From Eledone cirrhosa (lineage: Eukaryota), in the NCBI GenBank assembly GCA_964016885.1, contig OZ024742.1, positions 185,504,001 to 185,568,000 on the forward strand: a stretch of DNA of 64,000 nt. Direction: 5' to 3'. The translations under genes were made by a program, and so were the position numbers. This document shows positions 12,120-26,164 of this stretch, piece after piece. The notes under the pieces were generated by a model. That model had not been told where the DNA came from. It was given only the letters and a program-made list of their open reading frames with translations, and made no database searches. Position 1 is the stretch's first letter; each line of letters starts with the position of its first letter.

Positions 12120-15100
12120 TTTAGCAGCTAAATAGGAGTAACCCCATGGTGGTCCGTAGGTGTGCTAGAAATAGCAGCTAAATAGAGAGAACTTCATTGT
12201 GGTCTATAGGTGTGCAACAAATTGCAGCTAAATAGGGAAACATCATGGTAGTCCATAGGTGTGCTAGAAATAGCAGCTAAATAGAGAGAACTTCATTGTG
12301 GTCTATAGGTGTGCAACAAATTGCAGCTAAATAGGGAAACATCATGGTAGTCCATAGGTGTGCTAAAAATAGCCGTTAAATAGGGGAAACCTCATGATGG
12401 TTCATAGGTGTGGTAGCAATAGCAGCTACATCAGCTAAGCAGGGAAAACCTCATGGTGGTGCGTAGGTGTGCTAAAAATAGCAGCTAAATAGGGAGTGAA
12501 CTCAGGGTTGTCCATAGTTGTGCTAGGAATAGCAGCTACATCAACTAAACATGGGGAACATCATTGTGGTCCAAAGGTGTGCTAGAAATAGCAGCCAAAT
12601 AAAGGAAATCATGGTGATCCATAGGTGTGCCAGAAATGGCAGCTAAATGGGGGAACCTAATGGCGGTGCCTAGGTGTGCTAGAAATAGCACTTAGATAGA
12701 AGGAACCTCATTATGGTCCATAGGTGTGCTAGAAATAGCAGCTTCATCAGCTAAACCTAATTGTGGTCTATAGGTGTGCTAGAAATGGCAGCCAAATAAG
12801 GGTTACCTCATAGTGGTCTATAACAGAGCTAGAAATAGCAGCTGCATAGGAGGTACCACATGGTGGTCCCTAGGTGTGTTAGAAATAGCAGCTAAATAGG
12901 GGGGAATCTCATTGTGGTACAGAAATATCAGCTACATTAGCTAAACAGAGGGAACATCATGGTGGTACATAGAAGTGCAAGAAATAGCACCTAAATAGGG
13001 GGTACCTTAGGGTGGTTCATAGGTGTGCTACAGATAGCAGCTAAACAGGTGTGCCAGAAATGGTGGCTAAATGGGGGGGGGGGGGGCTCATGGTGGTTCT
13101 TAGGTGTGCTAGAAATAGCACCTAAATAGGAAGCTCATTGTGGTCCATAGGTGTGCTTGAAATAGCAGTTACATCGCTAAACAGGGGGAAAATCATGGTG
13201 GCCCAAAGGTGTGCTAGAAATAACAGCTAATTGTAGTCTATAGAAGAGTAGCTAAATTGGAGGTACCTCATGGAGGTCAATAGGCGTGCTAGAACTATCA
13301 GCTAAATCAGCTAAACAGGTGGGAAATCATGGTGGTCCAAAGGTGTGCTAGAAATAACAGCTAAATAGGGAGAACCTCATAGTGGTTGATAGATGTGCTA
13401 GAAATAACAACTAAAATGGGGGTACCTCATGGTTGACCATAGGTGTGCTAGAAATAGCAGCTAAATAGGGAAACATCTCATGGTGGTCCTTAGGTGTGGT
13501 AGAAATAGAAGCTAAATAGGGAAACATTATGGTGGTACATAGTTGTGCTAGAAATATCAGCTTAATAACAGGAACCGCATTGTAGTCCAAAGGTGCCCTA
13601 GAAATAGCAGCTACATCAGCTAAATTGGGGGAACCTCATGGTGGTTTATATGTGTGCTAGAAATAGCAGCTAAATTAGAGGTACGTCAGAGTTGTCCCTA
13701 GGTGTGCAAGAAATAGCAGCTAAATCAGGGGAGCTTCATGGTGGTTCATAATAATGCTAGAAATAGCAGGTACTAAACAGGGGGAACATCATGGTGTATC
13801 ATAGCTGTGCTAGAAATAGCAGCTAAATAGGGAAACCACATGTGTGTCAATAGATGTGCCAGAAATGGCAACTAAATGGGGGAATATTTTGGTGGTCCAT
13901 GTGTGCTAGAAATAGCAGCTAAATAGAAGGAACCTCATTATGATCCATATGTGTGCTAGAATTAGCAGTTATATCAGCTGAACAGGGGGGGGGGGACCTA
14001 CTTGTGGTATATAGGTGTGTTAGAAATAGCAGCTAAATAGGGTGAATCTCATGGTGGTCCATTGGTATGCAAGAAATAGCACCTAAATAGGGGGTACCTC
14101 AGGGTGGTCGACAGGTGTGCTACAAATAGCAGCTAAATAGAGGGAACCTCCTGGTGGTCCAAAGGTCTGCTAGAAATAGCAGCTAAATAGAGGGAACCGT
14201 ATAATGATTCATAGATGTACTAGAAATAGCAGCTAAAAGGGGGGGGGGAAACTCATGGTGGTCAATATACATGCTAAAAATAGCAGCTACATCAGCTAAA
14301 CAGGGGGGGGGGTCATGGTGGTCCAAAGGTGTGATAGAAATAGCAGCTAAATAGGGGGAACCTCATAATGGTTCATAGATGTGCTAGAAATAGCAGCTAA
14401 AATGGGGGAACCTCATAATGGTTCATAGATGTGTTAGAAATAGCAGATAAAAAGGGGGAACCTCATGGTGGTCCATAGGCGTGCTGGAAATAGCAACTAA
14501 ATAGGGAAACATTATGGTGGTTCATAGGTGTGCTTGAAATATCAGCTAAATAGGGGGAACCTCATTGTAGTCGAAAGGTGTGCTAAAAATAGCAGCAACA
14601 TCAACTAAACAGAGGGAATCTCATGGTGGTTATATGTGTGCTATAACAGCTAAATAGATGAAACACAGAGTGGTTTATAGAAGTAGTAGATATAGAAGCT
14701 AAATCGGAGATACGTCAAGGTTGTCCCTAGGTGTGAAAGAAATAGCAGCTAAATAGAGAGAAATCTCATTGTGGCCCGTAGGTGTGGTAGAAATAGCAGT
14801 TAAATGGCGGTTTCTAATTGTGCTAGAAAAAGCAGCTAAACAGGGAAACATCATGGTGGTCCATAGGTGTGCTAGAAATAGCAGCTACATCAGCGAAACA
14901 GAGGAAACTAACTGTGGTCTGTAGGTGTGCTAGAAATAACAGCAGAATAAGTGTTACTTCATGGTAATCTATAGAAGAGCTAGAACTAGTAGCTAAATAG
15001 GAGGTACCACATGGGGTGTGTGCAAGAAATAGCAGCTACATCAGCTAACAGGAGAAAACTCATCGTCGACCATAGGTGTGTTAGAAATAGCAGCTAATAG

Positions 15101-17295
15101 GGTGAATCTCATGGTAGTCCATTGGTATGGAAGAAATAGCAGCTAAATAGGGGGAAATCTCATGGTGGTTGCGAAATAGTAGCTACATCAGCTAAACAGT
15201 GGTAACATCATGGTGATCCATAGGTTTTTCGAAATAGCAGCTAAATAGGAGGAACCTCATAGAAATCGCAGCTAAATAGGGGTAAAAACAGGGTGATCCA
15301 TAGGCGTGCTTGAAATAGCAGCTAAATAGGGGTACCTCATGGTGATTGATTGTTGTGCTAGAAATAGCAGCTACATCAGCTAAATTTGGAGAACCTCATG
15401 GTGGTCTATATGTGTGCTAGAAATAGCAGCTAAATCGGAGGTATGTCAGAGTTGTCCCTAGGTGTGCAAGAAATAGCAGCTAAATCAGGGGAACTTCATG
15501 CTGGTCCATAATAATACTAGAAATACCAGGTACATCAGTTAAACAGGAGGAACATCATTGAGGATCATAGCTGTGCTAGAATTAGCAGTTACATCAGCTG
15601 AACAGGGGGAACCTAATTGTGGTCTATAGGTGTGTTAGAAATAGCAGCTAAATAGGGTGAATCTCATGGTGGTCTATTGGTATGCAAGAAATGGCACCTA
15701 AATAGGGGGTACCTCAGGGTGGTCCACAGCTAAATAGAAGGAAACTCATGGTGGTCCAAAGCTGTGTTAGAAATAGCAGCTAAATAGAAGGAACCGCATA
15801 ATGGTTTAAAGATGTACTAGAAATAGCAGCTAAAAAGAGGGAATCTCATGGTGGTCCATAGGCGTGTTGGAAAATAGCAACTAAATAGGGAAACCTTATG
15901 GTGGTACATAGGTGTGCTTCAAATATCAGCTAAATAGGAGGAACCTCATTGTAGTCGAAAGGCAGCTAAATAGGGGTACCTCATGGTTGTTGTGCTAGAA
16001 TTAGCAGCTACATCACCTAAACAGGCGGAAACCTTAAGGTGTGCTAGAAATAGCAGCTAAATACGTGGCACCACATGGTGGTCTATAAAAGTGCTAGAAA
16101 TAGAAGCTAATAGAAGGTACGTCAATAGGGGGAAATCCCATGGTGGTCCAGAAATAGCAGCTACATCAATTAATCAGAGGCAACCTCATGGTGGTCCATA
16201 GGTCTGTTAGAAATAGCAGCTAAATAGGAGGAACCTCATGGTGGACCATATGTATTCTAGAAATAGCAGCTAAATAGGAGCAAAACTTATGGTGGTCCAT
16301 AGGTGTAGTAGAAATGGCGGCTAAATAGGGTAACCTCATAGTGGTCTATAGGTGTGCTAGAAATAGCAGTTAAATAAGGTATCTCATTGTGGTCTATAGG
16401 TGGGCTAGAAATAGCAGCTAAATACAGGTACCTCAAAGTGGTCCATAGGTGTGCTAGAATTAGCAGCTACATCAGCTAAACAGAGGGAAACACATGGTGG
16501 TTCATAGGTGGGCTAGAAATAGCATCTAAATTGGGGGAACATGATAGTGGTCCATAAGTGTGAAGGAAATAGCAGCTAAATAGGACAAACCTCATGGTGG
16601 CTTATATGTGTACTAGATATAACAGCTACACTTGCTAAACAGTGGGAAACTCAGTGTGTTCCATTGGTGTATTAGAAATAGCAGCTAAATACGAGATACC
16701 TCATGGTGGCACATAGAAGTGCTAGAAATAGCAGCTACATACGGGAACGTTATGAAGGTCCTTAGGTGTGCTATAAATAGCAACTAAATAGAGGAAAACA
16801 CATTGTTGGTCATATGTGTGCTAGAAATAGCTGCTAAATAGGGAGAACATCTTGGTGGTCCATGGATGTGCTAGAAATAGCAGCTACATAGGAGGTACCT
16901 CATGGTTGTCAGTAGTTGTGCTAGAAATTGCAGCCAAATACACGAACCTCATTGTAGTCTATAGGTTTACTAGAAATATCAACTACATCAACTAAACAGG
17001 GGGAACCTGATGGTGGTCCATAGGTATGCTAGAAATAGCAGTTAAATAAGGGAAATCTCATGGTGGTCCATAGGTGTGCTAGAAATTGCATCTACATCAG
17101 CTATGCAGGGGAAACCTTAGGGTGGTTTTTAGGTGTGTTAGAAATAGGAGCTACATCAGCTAAGCTGGCTGAACCTTATTGTGGTCCATAGGTGTTCTAG
17201 ATGTACCATCTACATTAGCTAAATATCATGGTGGTTCAGAAGTTTGCTTGAAGTAGCAGCTAAATACGGGAACCTCATGGTAGTCCTTAGGTGTA
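12120..17295. repeat. Minisatellite array, ~45-55-bp diverged unit (AGGTGTGCTAGAAATAGCAGCTAAATAGGGGGAACCTCATGGTGGTCCAT)
   Basis: About 100 tandem copies over 5.2 kb. Some units carry an ACATCAGCT insertion. Confidence 0.95.
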
Positions 17296-17849
17296 CTCCT
17301 GGGTCTAAACAATATCTTTCATGGAGCTTAACAACATTAGTCCTGAGGCGGTGGATTAGCAGTATATAGTTACGGCATCTACGGCTTAATTTCAAAGGTT
17401 TGCTTTCATCCTTACGAGGTCGATAAAATAAAACCCCATTAATGCACTGGGGTCGATGTAATCGACCCCAATGCATTAATGGGGTTTTATTTTATCGACC
17501 TCGTAATCGATGTAATCGACCCCCCCCCCCACCAAAATGATTGCCTTGAGCCTTGAAATCCTTATTATCATTATGCCATGGAGGCAACCATCTTCTAATC
17601 CCATTAAACCCCTTCCCCAAAAGAACCCTATTGCTAATTTACCAACCACTAACACATGCAAATAGTGTTGACCAGTAAGTAATATCAATAATGAACAAGG
17701 TCAAGATGCAAACGCCAAATCGGACACAAATAACTGGCGCAAAGATATCACCCACCATCAGAAAAGCTGTATGACCCACCCGTGACTTCAGAGTGGCAAC
17801 CATCAATATAGGGCCACTGAAAGGTAGGTCAAGTGAGATTTTGTGTGTT

Positions 17850-19045
17850 CCTGTCGTGAGTCAGGCTCCCATACTACGATCCCACACCTGTCCTTCCTCA
17901 TAGCAGTGTCATCCAGTATCGGGTCCCTCAACTATGATGACGATGTGTGGTGGGTTCAGTGTGGTCGCTGGCCTGTCCCTCCCCATGATGGTGCCATCCA
18001 ATGCTGGGCCAGAAAACTATGGCTATGCTGTGAGTTGGGTTAGGCTCCTCATAGCGGTACTATCCAGTAATGGGCTCCAATTGGCCTCTTCAGATAGTGG
18101 TGCTATCCAATGGTCGTGAAGCTATGGCTATGCTGTGAGATGGGTTAGGTGCCTTGTATCCGTGCCATTAAGTACTGGATTCCAACTGCCTCGTTGCATA
18201 GTGGTGCCATCCAACTCCAGACACCCCTCCCCCACAAAGGTGGTTTCGTCGCATAGTGGAGTCATATGTGGTTATCCGGTTTCATATTGATAAGTGGCCA
18301 TCGCATGGTATGCCGCTGTGAGAGGGGTTCGGCGCAGCCAAGTGTCTTGTCCATTCTCATAGTGGTGTCACCAGTGCCGGGCTCTGAAACCGTTGTTCCG
18401 CTGTGGGATGGGTTCGGTGCGGCCAACTGGCCCGTCCCTCCTCATAGTGGAGTCACATGCATCCAGTACTTGAACTGAGGTTCTGCTGAGTGAAGGGTTT
18501 GGCACGGCCAACTGGCCTGTCCACCTCATAGCGGTGCCATCCAGTCCCAGGCTGCCAGAGTCTGGTTTCATATTGAGAAATGTCCGTTGCGTGGAGTGTG
18601 CCCGGCTTTGAAACTAAGGTGTCGCTGTGAGAAGGGTTCGGCGCGGCCAATTGGCTTTCCCCTCCTCGTAGTGGTATCACTGGTCCTTTCGCATAGTGGC
18701 ACCATCCAACGCCACACTCCCAAACTGTGGTTCCGCACCTGTCCCTCCTCATAGCAGTGTCATCCAGTACCGGGTCTCAAAACTGCGGTAACGTTGTGTG
18801 AAGGGTTTCACGCCGCCAACTGGCCACCCATCCTCATATTGGTGCCACCCAGTACCAGGCCCCAAAACTGGTTGCGCTGTGAGATGGGTTAGACTCCTCG
18901 TATCAGTGCCATCCAGTACCGGGTTCCAAAACTATGGTTCCACTGTGTGATGGGTTGGGATCCAAAAACATGGTTCCGTTGTGAGATGGGTTCAGCACGG
19001 CCAGCTGGCCTGTCCCTCCTCATAACAGAGCCATCCAGTTCCACA
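17850..19045. repeat. Degenerate GC-richer minisatellite, ~80-bp unit (CTGTGAGATGGGTT...GGCCAACTGGCCTGTCCCTCCTCATAGTGGTGCCATCCAGTAC)
   Basis: Recurrent motifs GTGCCATCCAGTAC, CTCATAG and GGCCAACTGGC. Confidence 0.8.
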
Positions 19046-19408
19046 CTGTAAAGGTGGTTGGTGTTAGGAAGGGTATCCAGCTGTAAAATACTAAGCGAAA
19101 TTTACAGTCCCTGCCAGAGCAAAGTGTGACACATGGCCAACTCTGACCAGACTTGCTTCCTGGCGTGGATGACCCATCTAAACCCATGCAAGCGTGGAAA
19201 CATTGACGTTAAACGGAAATGATGATGATGATGATGATATATTCAACCCATGCAAGCATGGAAAAGTGGACATAAAAACGATGATGATATATAAATACAT
19301 ATGACAAAAGTATTGGCTTGTGTATTGATTAGTATATCAATAAATGATTAAGGTTGTTCAGCTGTGATATTATAGTCTGAAATACAATATTATTGAAATC
19401 ATACTGAC

Positions 19409-19475
19409 CAATCATATTTTGTTGAGTCCATATCTTCAATCAAGTTTGTTAGCTGTTCACTCGAATTCTCTAACT
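19409..19475 (-). CDS. CERKL: Ceramide kinase-like gene, short coding exon, 67 bp, phase 1-2
   Basis: ttttacttgcAG acceptor and TG|GTCAGT donor. Encodes (E)LENSSEQLTNLIEDMDSTKYD, in frame with the previous exon and ending at the YD that precedes the GGDG motif in this family. The GGDG exon was not found and is probably left of the window. Confidence 0.7.
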
Positions 19476-19921
19476 CTGCAAGTAAAATAAACAGAACATA
19501 TTGAAATAGAACACATTTATAGAGTTAAAACAGGTAGTAAGACATCTTTGGGAAAGTTGGACAGCAGGTCTTCAGAGACCCTTTACTCCTAACATTCTAA
19601 GAGTGCTGGACTGCATCCAAGTCATGAATGCTGGGTGCTCTTTTGCTTAAGGTGTTTAACAACTTGGATATCAGAGACATGTTGTATAGGGCACCTAAGT
19701 GGTATGGAGATCACTTCTGTTCCTCCTCAATCAGATCCAGCTGATACTTCTCTCCACTGAAAAGTCCTCCTGATCTTTGTTTGCCAGATTTTCTTGGCCA
19801 GGTGCCCTTTTTATCACCAACCACTTTACAGAGTGTATTGGGAGCATTTATCAGGTAGATCACGAATACTGGGGAGGTTGTAATGTCTATGGCACAACTG
19901 AAGAGTCACCTCAACCCTTTG

Positions 19922-19969
<48 letters not shown>

Positions 19970-20717
19970 ATGTGTGTATGTATATGTATATATTCAATAA
20001 GCCAACCATATATAGCTGAAATTACATGTCATATACATTATTTGTTGGATCAGGAATATATGGAATTGTTATGATTAGTATTAACTTGAAGATTTAGGAT
20101 GATCAGTCAATGCTGTTGAGATTACACAACATCAGTGCTTTGTAATAAAAGATTTTATGTAATGCTTAATAAATTAATGGAAAAGCTAATATCACAGTAC
20201 CTTATATATAAATACAGACAACAATCTAATAGCTATAGTTAGTTTAAACACTGCTTGTAAGTCATTGCCATTGCCATATGTCAGTGTATTAAATGATGGA
20301 ATGATTGAGTTTATATCTTAAATCTGTTTTAAATAATTGGATATACACAAACACACACACACACTCGTTCCCATAACAGCAGCAGACAGAATAATCATCA
20401 TCATCATCAACATCATCATCATCATAATCATCATAATCATCAACATCATCATCATTTACATCTACTTGATAAAACCATTCAATCCATCAGGGCATTATCA
20501 AACCTGGCAGAGCCTATCTCCTCTCAGGTCTGAATACAGTAGATTTCTTCCAGAGAAAAAGGAAGTGAGAAAGAAATATAGAGGAAGAATGGACTTCAGT
20601 ACTAGATTGGTACATTTTTTGTCAACCTCGAAAGAAGAATGAAAGGCAAAGTTGACCTTTGAGAGCTGAAACGAATGCCGCAAAGCATTCTGTCTGATGT
20701 TCTAACAACCAATTCCC

Positions 20718-20752
<35 letters not shown>

Positions 20753-20755
<3 letters not shown>

Positions 20756-21060
20756 GTAGGAGGTGAGTTTTATTGTAGTACAATAAAGCAATGCAGATAT
20801 CGGATAAGAAGCACTCTACAGTTTGTAGGACTGGAGTATACATAATATATAAGAACAAAAGATGGTTAAAAGAGTTCCATGTATTTTATTATGCGCATTT
20901 ATGTTGATTTAAAACTGAACTATCCACAAGTGTTTTTTAACCTTCATATCATGTCCTCCTGTTTTATCTGATGAAAACACAAATATTATTGCATGATGAT
21001 ATTTGTTTTTGAAATGCGCATAATAAAATACATGGAACTCTTTTAACCATCTTTTGTTCT

Positions 21061-21070
<10 letters not shown>
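20753..21070 (+). mobile_element. HHR-bearing cassette with inverted arm, in (TA)n
   Basis: 20847-20900 is the reverse complement of 21012-21070. Shares its ends with 34358-35095. A solo left arm occurs at 5855-5957. Confidence 0.75.
20950..21034 (+). ncRNA. Type-I hammerhead ribozyme (family shared with 34975-35059)
   Basis: TTTTAT-CTGATGA-AAACACAAATATTAT-TGCATG-ATGATATTTGTTTTT-GAAA-TGCGCA-TA|ATAAAA. Palindromic ATGCGCAT stem III, AUA triplet, stem I extendable by CATG/CATG. Confidence 0.75.
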
Positions 21071-21094
<24 letters not shown>

Positions 21095-21482
21095 CATCCT
21101 GTTGAGGGTCTTTGCCACAAGTGCCATCAGTGAAATCTCCCTGTAGTTGTTGGTGTTAGAGAGATCTCCCTTCTTTGGCACTAGGACGATATTACTGATC
21201 CTCCACTGATTCGGGCAACTCCTTTCTCCAGTGCCTAGTTACAGAACCCCAGGATGATATCAAAATCACACCTCTTCATCACCTCTCATGCCACTCCATC
21301 TTCTCCATGAGCCTTGCCCTCCTTGATCTTCTTCTTGGCTCTCTGAAGCTCCTCTCTGGTGAAGGGTCCTATCTCAATATCCAGTTCCTCAAACAGCTGC
21401 CTGATCTCCCCAGTATTCTAGGCTGTGGAGGGTGGCTCTCCTAGTAGGGTCCTAAAATGGTCCAGCCATTTCCTCTTCCTAT
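21095..21482 (-). mobile_element. RTE-like LINE internal fragment (pre-RT region)
   Basis: PKKGDLSNTNNYREISLMALVAKTLNRMI on the minus strand. Confidence 0.75.
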
Positions 21483-22602
21483 CCTATTTATTTAAACGAA
21501 TAAACATTGATGTCTCTTGTTGAGACGAGACTATATTAGAATTCATAGAAAAATGAGAAAAAAGTTATTAAAAAGCTAAAAGTTATTAAATAACTAGAGG
21601 TGGGTGATAGGCAGATAAAACATAGAAAAGATTGAGAGTGGATTAAGGCATGGAAAAGCGTGTTGGCTCATAGAAGTGACTGGAAGAAGGAAATAAAAGG
21701 AAGGTGATGTACAAGACAAGTTCAAACACACATCTTCATCTTCACCAGCTCTCAAATCAGCAAAATGGTTTCACATGATTTAATTGAGAGTACCATTTTG
21801 AAAAGGCTGGATTATGCAACAAAAAAGTAAATCTTTTAACTGCTTAATGTAAGTAAGACGTTTTTTGCTTCGCTCTCTGATCTGTCTGCTTATCTATTTG
21901 TTATTATGTTTGTTTTGTCATAGACACATCATACACACAAAAAACATTTTTTTTTTCTGTTGCATGAGTATTTGTTTTGGTTCTTTATGTCCTGAATACA
22001 ACTTCCACCTCCCCCCCCCTCCTCATCCCCCTCCCCCTCCTCCTCATCCTCATCTTCCTCCCCCTCCTCATCCCTCTTCTTCTTCTTCTTCTTCTTCTTC
22101 TTCTTCTTCTTCTTCTTCATAAGAGGGTCATGGGGACAGAGCCCTCAAACATGTCTTCCAGAGGGTCTTATCAGAAGCAACTGTCTCCAAATGATTTGGT
22201 TGGGTCTCCAAATAAGACCAACCGAGCTTATGGATGCTATCCAACTATCATGCTGCTGGCTGGTTTCATACTTCTAGGGTCAATATAATATACATAATGT
22301 CAGTCCATGGTGGTAGATTATCAGAAATGTTAGATTATTGGATAATATGTCTTGTAGCATTTTTTCTGGCTCTTTGTGTTCTGGGTTTAAATTCTTCTGT
22401 GTTCCACATAGTTGTTAGATTTAATCCATTGAATAGGTTAACATCACTACCAAGTCCATTGGTGCCTCTAGCAGAATACACCCTTTTATAAATATTCAGG
22501 CTAGGTTATTTCTCTAAGGATATCTTCCCTCCCTTCTTCCCACCAGACTTGGAGTCCTTAAAAAGGGTTGTGATTAAACTGTATTTGCCTCTTTCAGTAA
22601 AT

Positions 22603-22745
22603 AATAAAATAAAATAAAATAAAATAAAATAAAATAAAATAAAATAAAATAAAATAAAATAAAATAAAATAAAATAAAATAAAATAAAATAAAATAAAAT
22701 AAAATAAAATAAAATAAAATAAAATAAAATAAAATAAAATAAAAA
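22603..22745. repeat. (AAAAT)n pentanucleotide microsatellite
   Basis: Perfect tandem AAAAT. Confidence 0.95.
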
Positions 22746-23076
22746 ATAAAAGTTGAGAGAAAATATAGTGCAATAATACATGATGGCTTCTAAGTTAGTT
22801 ACAATGCCATACATCTGTGGTGAGGCTAAAGTCAATTGTATCAACTCAGTACTTTACTGGTATTTTATTTAATCGATCCCAGAAGGATGAAAAGCAAAGT
22901 TGATCTTGGTGAAGCAAATATTGCAAATAATTTGTTCGACATTCTATCCACTGTTTTCACAATAATATGTACTGAATACAATAACAACAGCTTGAAATAA
23001 AATGACAATACATGTACAAAATAGGAATATTAACATTTCATAATGAAATTATATGAAAATCAATGAAATATTTTAC

Positions 23077-23208
23077 CAGAGAAGTCAATATTTGTGTTTG
23101 CATTTTTGAAGATTGGTTCCACAATTGAACCATATGACGTTAAGCCCTGTTTGTTTCCAGCATGTGGCTGACACAAAACTCTTAGATTCTTTGGACGCTC
23201 TGGGAAAT
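23077..23208 (-). CDS. CERKL: Ceramide kinase-like gene, coding exon (start of DAGK-type catalytic domain), 132 bp, phase 1-1
   Basis: ctttcAG acceptor and G|GTAAAA donor. Encodes (D)FPERPKNLRVLCQPHAGNKQGLTSYGSIVEPIFKNANTNIDFS, matching the CERK/CERKL RPKxL..NP..G motif, and is in frame with the 30486-30785 exon. Not in the ORF track. Confidence 0.85.
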
Positions 23209-23349
23209 CTGAAAGTATATTAGTATATTTTGTAATATGATAGAATGGTTAATAATTCTAATATGATAATGTATGTTATATTGAATATAACATTATATAG
23301 TTTATAATTATATTAAACATAACATTATACTGTATATAACTATATTAAA

Positions 23350-23610
23350 AGAGTGAAGGACATAATCAAGATCATTAAGAAGGGCAACATCGATGGGCTG
23401 GCCATGTCTCTCATCTCAGAGACAACAGGTAGACAATTAGAGCAACAGAGTGGACACCAAGGCAGTGGAGAAGAATTAGGGGGTGGCCAAAGACAAGATT
23501 GCACGACAACCTGACCCAATACCTCAATGCAGCATGGTCCAGTATGGTCAGAGGAAGCAGGGGACGTCAACCAAGGAAGGGTTTCCCCAACAAGAGTGAG
23601 AAGACCCTGA
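23350..23610 (+). mobile_element. RTE-like LINE 3' fragment
   Basis: DIIKIIKKG..RWAGHVS....TIRATEWTPRQWRR.RGWPKTRLHD, with frameshifts. Confidence 0.65.
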
Positions 23611-24604
23611 ATTTGGATTTAGAACTATATTAAATACACTATTATATAATTATCATCATCACCATCACCATTTTATGTCTGTTTTCCATTCTGGCATAGG
23701 GTGGATGGGTTGTCATGTTCTGAATATAACATTATATAATATATATCAATGTGTAATATTGTAAGGAGATTGGCATTAGGAAGAGTATCCAGCCATAGAA
23801 TTCATGCTAAATATGGAAGATAATGAAAAGATCCGTTACTCTGGCCTGTCTGGTTTCAGACCATTACAAGCCATCCAATCCATGCCAGCAATTAAATATG
23901 ATGAGGGGTGTGATGATGATGATGATGAATATTGAATAATTCATGATAGATTTTCCATCAGTTTCAATGAGCATCCAGTCATTCAATCAACTAGGTGTCT
24001 GACTCATGAATTAACATATAAGTGTTAGAGTATCCCACATGTAATCTTATCATAATTCTCTGGCAGAATCAGTGTGATACACTATGTAATATGACTCAAC
24101 CATTGAATTGCAGATACAGCCCATCTTATATTACAGTGTAAGTGGTTGAGTATTCCACAGGCATGTATACCCGTAATCTAATTCTGTGTGACACAATATG
24201 TGACAAGGATGGACCTTTGAGTTTAAGGTGTGATCCATTTGATGGGGCTTCTAAACTAGGCCATGGTTAAGACACTTGCCCAAGATGCCATACAGTGGGA
24301 TTGAACCTGGGAACTCCAGTTTACAAAGCAAGCTTCCTAACCACTCAGCCATGTCTATGATTACACATAATACATTATACATATATCTATGTTAACGATA
24401 ACATAAATGTTGACTGGATACAAATACATATTAACAATAGAATTCTATAAATACAACAATAATGTAATTACATAATGTATAATTGTTAATATGTAAGAAT
24501 ATTTGATGAAGATGTGGTTATGTGATCTTGTCTTGTCTGAGACTGTGCTGATCCATCCAACCCATTCCAGCATGTGAATTGGACACACACACATATATAT
24601 AGTG

Positions 24605-24930
24605 AAGGCATATGATTTAGTGGTTAGAGCGTTGGGCTTACAATTATGAGGTTGTGAGTTCATTTCCTTGACTGGGAGGTGCATTGTGTCTTTGAGCAAG
24701 ACATTTTATTTCATGTTGGAAAAAATGAGTTGTGTCGTCAATAAAGCCAAGCTGTATCAGCCTTTGCATCTCCATTGGACAACATCAGTGGTGAGGTGAG
24801 GAAAGTCAGGTATGCATAGGTAACTGCTGGTCTTCTACAAAAACAACTTGTCTTGGTTTGTGCCTCAGAGGAGAACTTTCTAGATGCAAATTCCATGGTC
24901 ATTTGTGACCAAAGGAGGTCTTTACCCTTT
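24605..24930 (+). mobile_element. tRNA-derived SINE (second family)
   Basis: A box TAGTGGTTAGAGCG, B box-like GAGTTCATTTCC and TGTGTCTTTGAGCAAGACA core. Related pieces at 25595-25700 (+), 24260-24355 (-) and 28500-28615 (-). Confidence 0.65.
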
Positions 24931-25189
24931 TTATAAATAAATGAATAGTATACTACTTGTGATGTGATATGTAAATGTATTCAGAGAACACCTGCCCACT
25001 GCATCTAACAGCCTGAACTGTGATATCAATGTTAATGTTACTATTATGGTAGCATTGCATGCATTTAGTATAATTGCATCTGGTCAGGTCTATTTAAGAT
25101 GATTATCAGTTAAATATCAAAAACAGTTTTAAAGCATGTCTAATGCTTGGATAATGTTGGTGAACTTCATCATCATCATCATCATCATT

Positions 25190-25235
<46 letters not shown>

Positions 25236-26164
25236 ACCTCATCATCATCATCATCAATGTTTTTACATTCATTTTTCCATGTATGCATAAGTTGAGGGTT
25301 TTTTTTTATTGGGCAAATTCTTTTTTATAACCAGATGCCTTTACTGATGAAAACTCATACTTTATTTTAAGGATAGTATAAGCTACTAACATAATCAAAC
25401 CTATAAGCTGCATGATATATTGTTTATGTGGCTGTTATAGTGTTGATATGAAATTTGACACAACTGCAGGATCCTCCCAACCTTTTGTTTAGCAAGCTTT
25501 CTATGATTAGATGCCCTTCCTAACACCAACCTCTTTATATTTTTGAATCATAAAAGAAAATAGAGAAGGTATGGTTATTCATATTTTTCTTGCATTAATG
25601 GTCAGAGAATTGGATTCGCAATTGTGAGGTTGTAAGTTCAATTCCCTGACTAGGTGATGTATTATGTCCTTGAGCAAGACATTTTATTTAATGTTGCTCT
25701 TTCTGCCAGGAATTGGGACTGGTAGACAGTATCAGCAATGGGAAAACCAATGGAAACATTGTTTCTTTGGTCCAGTTTGATGAGTTCCAACCCCTCTCGG
25801 CAAGTAAATAAGGTCAGATCTTGTTAATCGATTGAGTATATTAAATGAAATTCTGGTTGTGTAACCAGTTTCATATTTCCAGTTAGATATGAAAAGGATT
25901 TTCAGACACATGTAATCTGATACTGATTGTCATATTAGTGTAGCTATTATAATATTGTATAAATAATGAAGTAATATATATGTGCATATGAATATAATAT
26001 TCTCAGAGGAAGAGGAAGGCCAAGGAAGACAAGGGAGAAAAAGTAATGAAGGTAGAACATTGTAGTAAAAGGTAGAACATTGCCAAGGAAATGACAAGGA
26101 AGAACTGGTTCTGCTGGAGTAAACCTATCTAACTTATGAAAGTATAGAAAGATGGATGTAAATT

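Noticed and set aside
12120-17295. CRISPR-like appearance and resemblance of GCTAGAAATAGCAGTTAAATAAGG (~16357) to the SpCas9 sgRNA scaffold
   Set aside because: The intervening sequences are homologous to each other rather than unique spacers, there are no cas genes, and the context is eukaryotic. The sgRNA GAAA loop is an engineered linker, so the match is coincidental.
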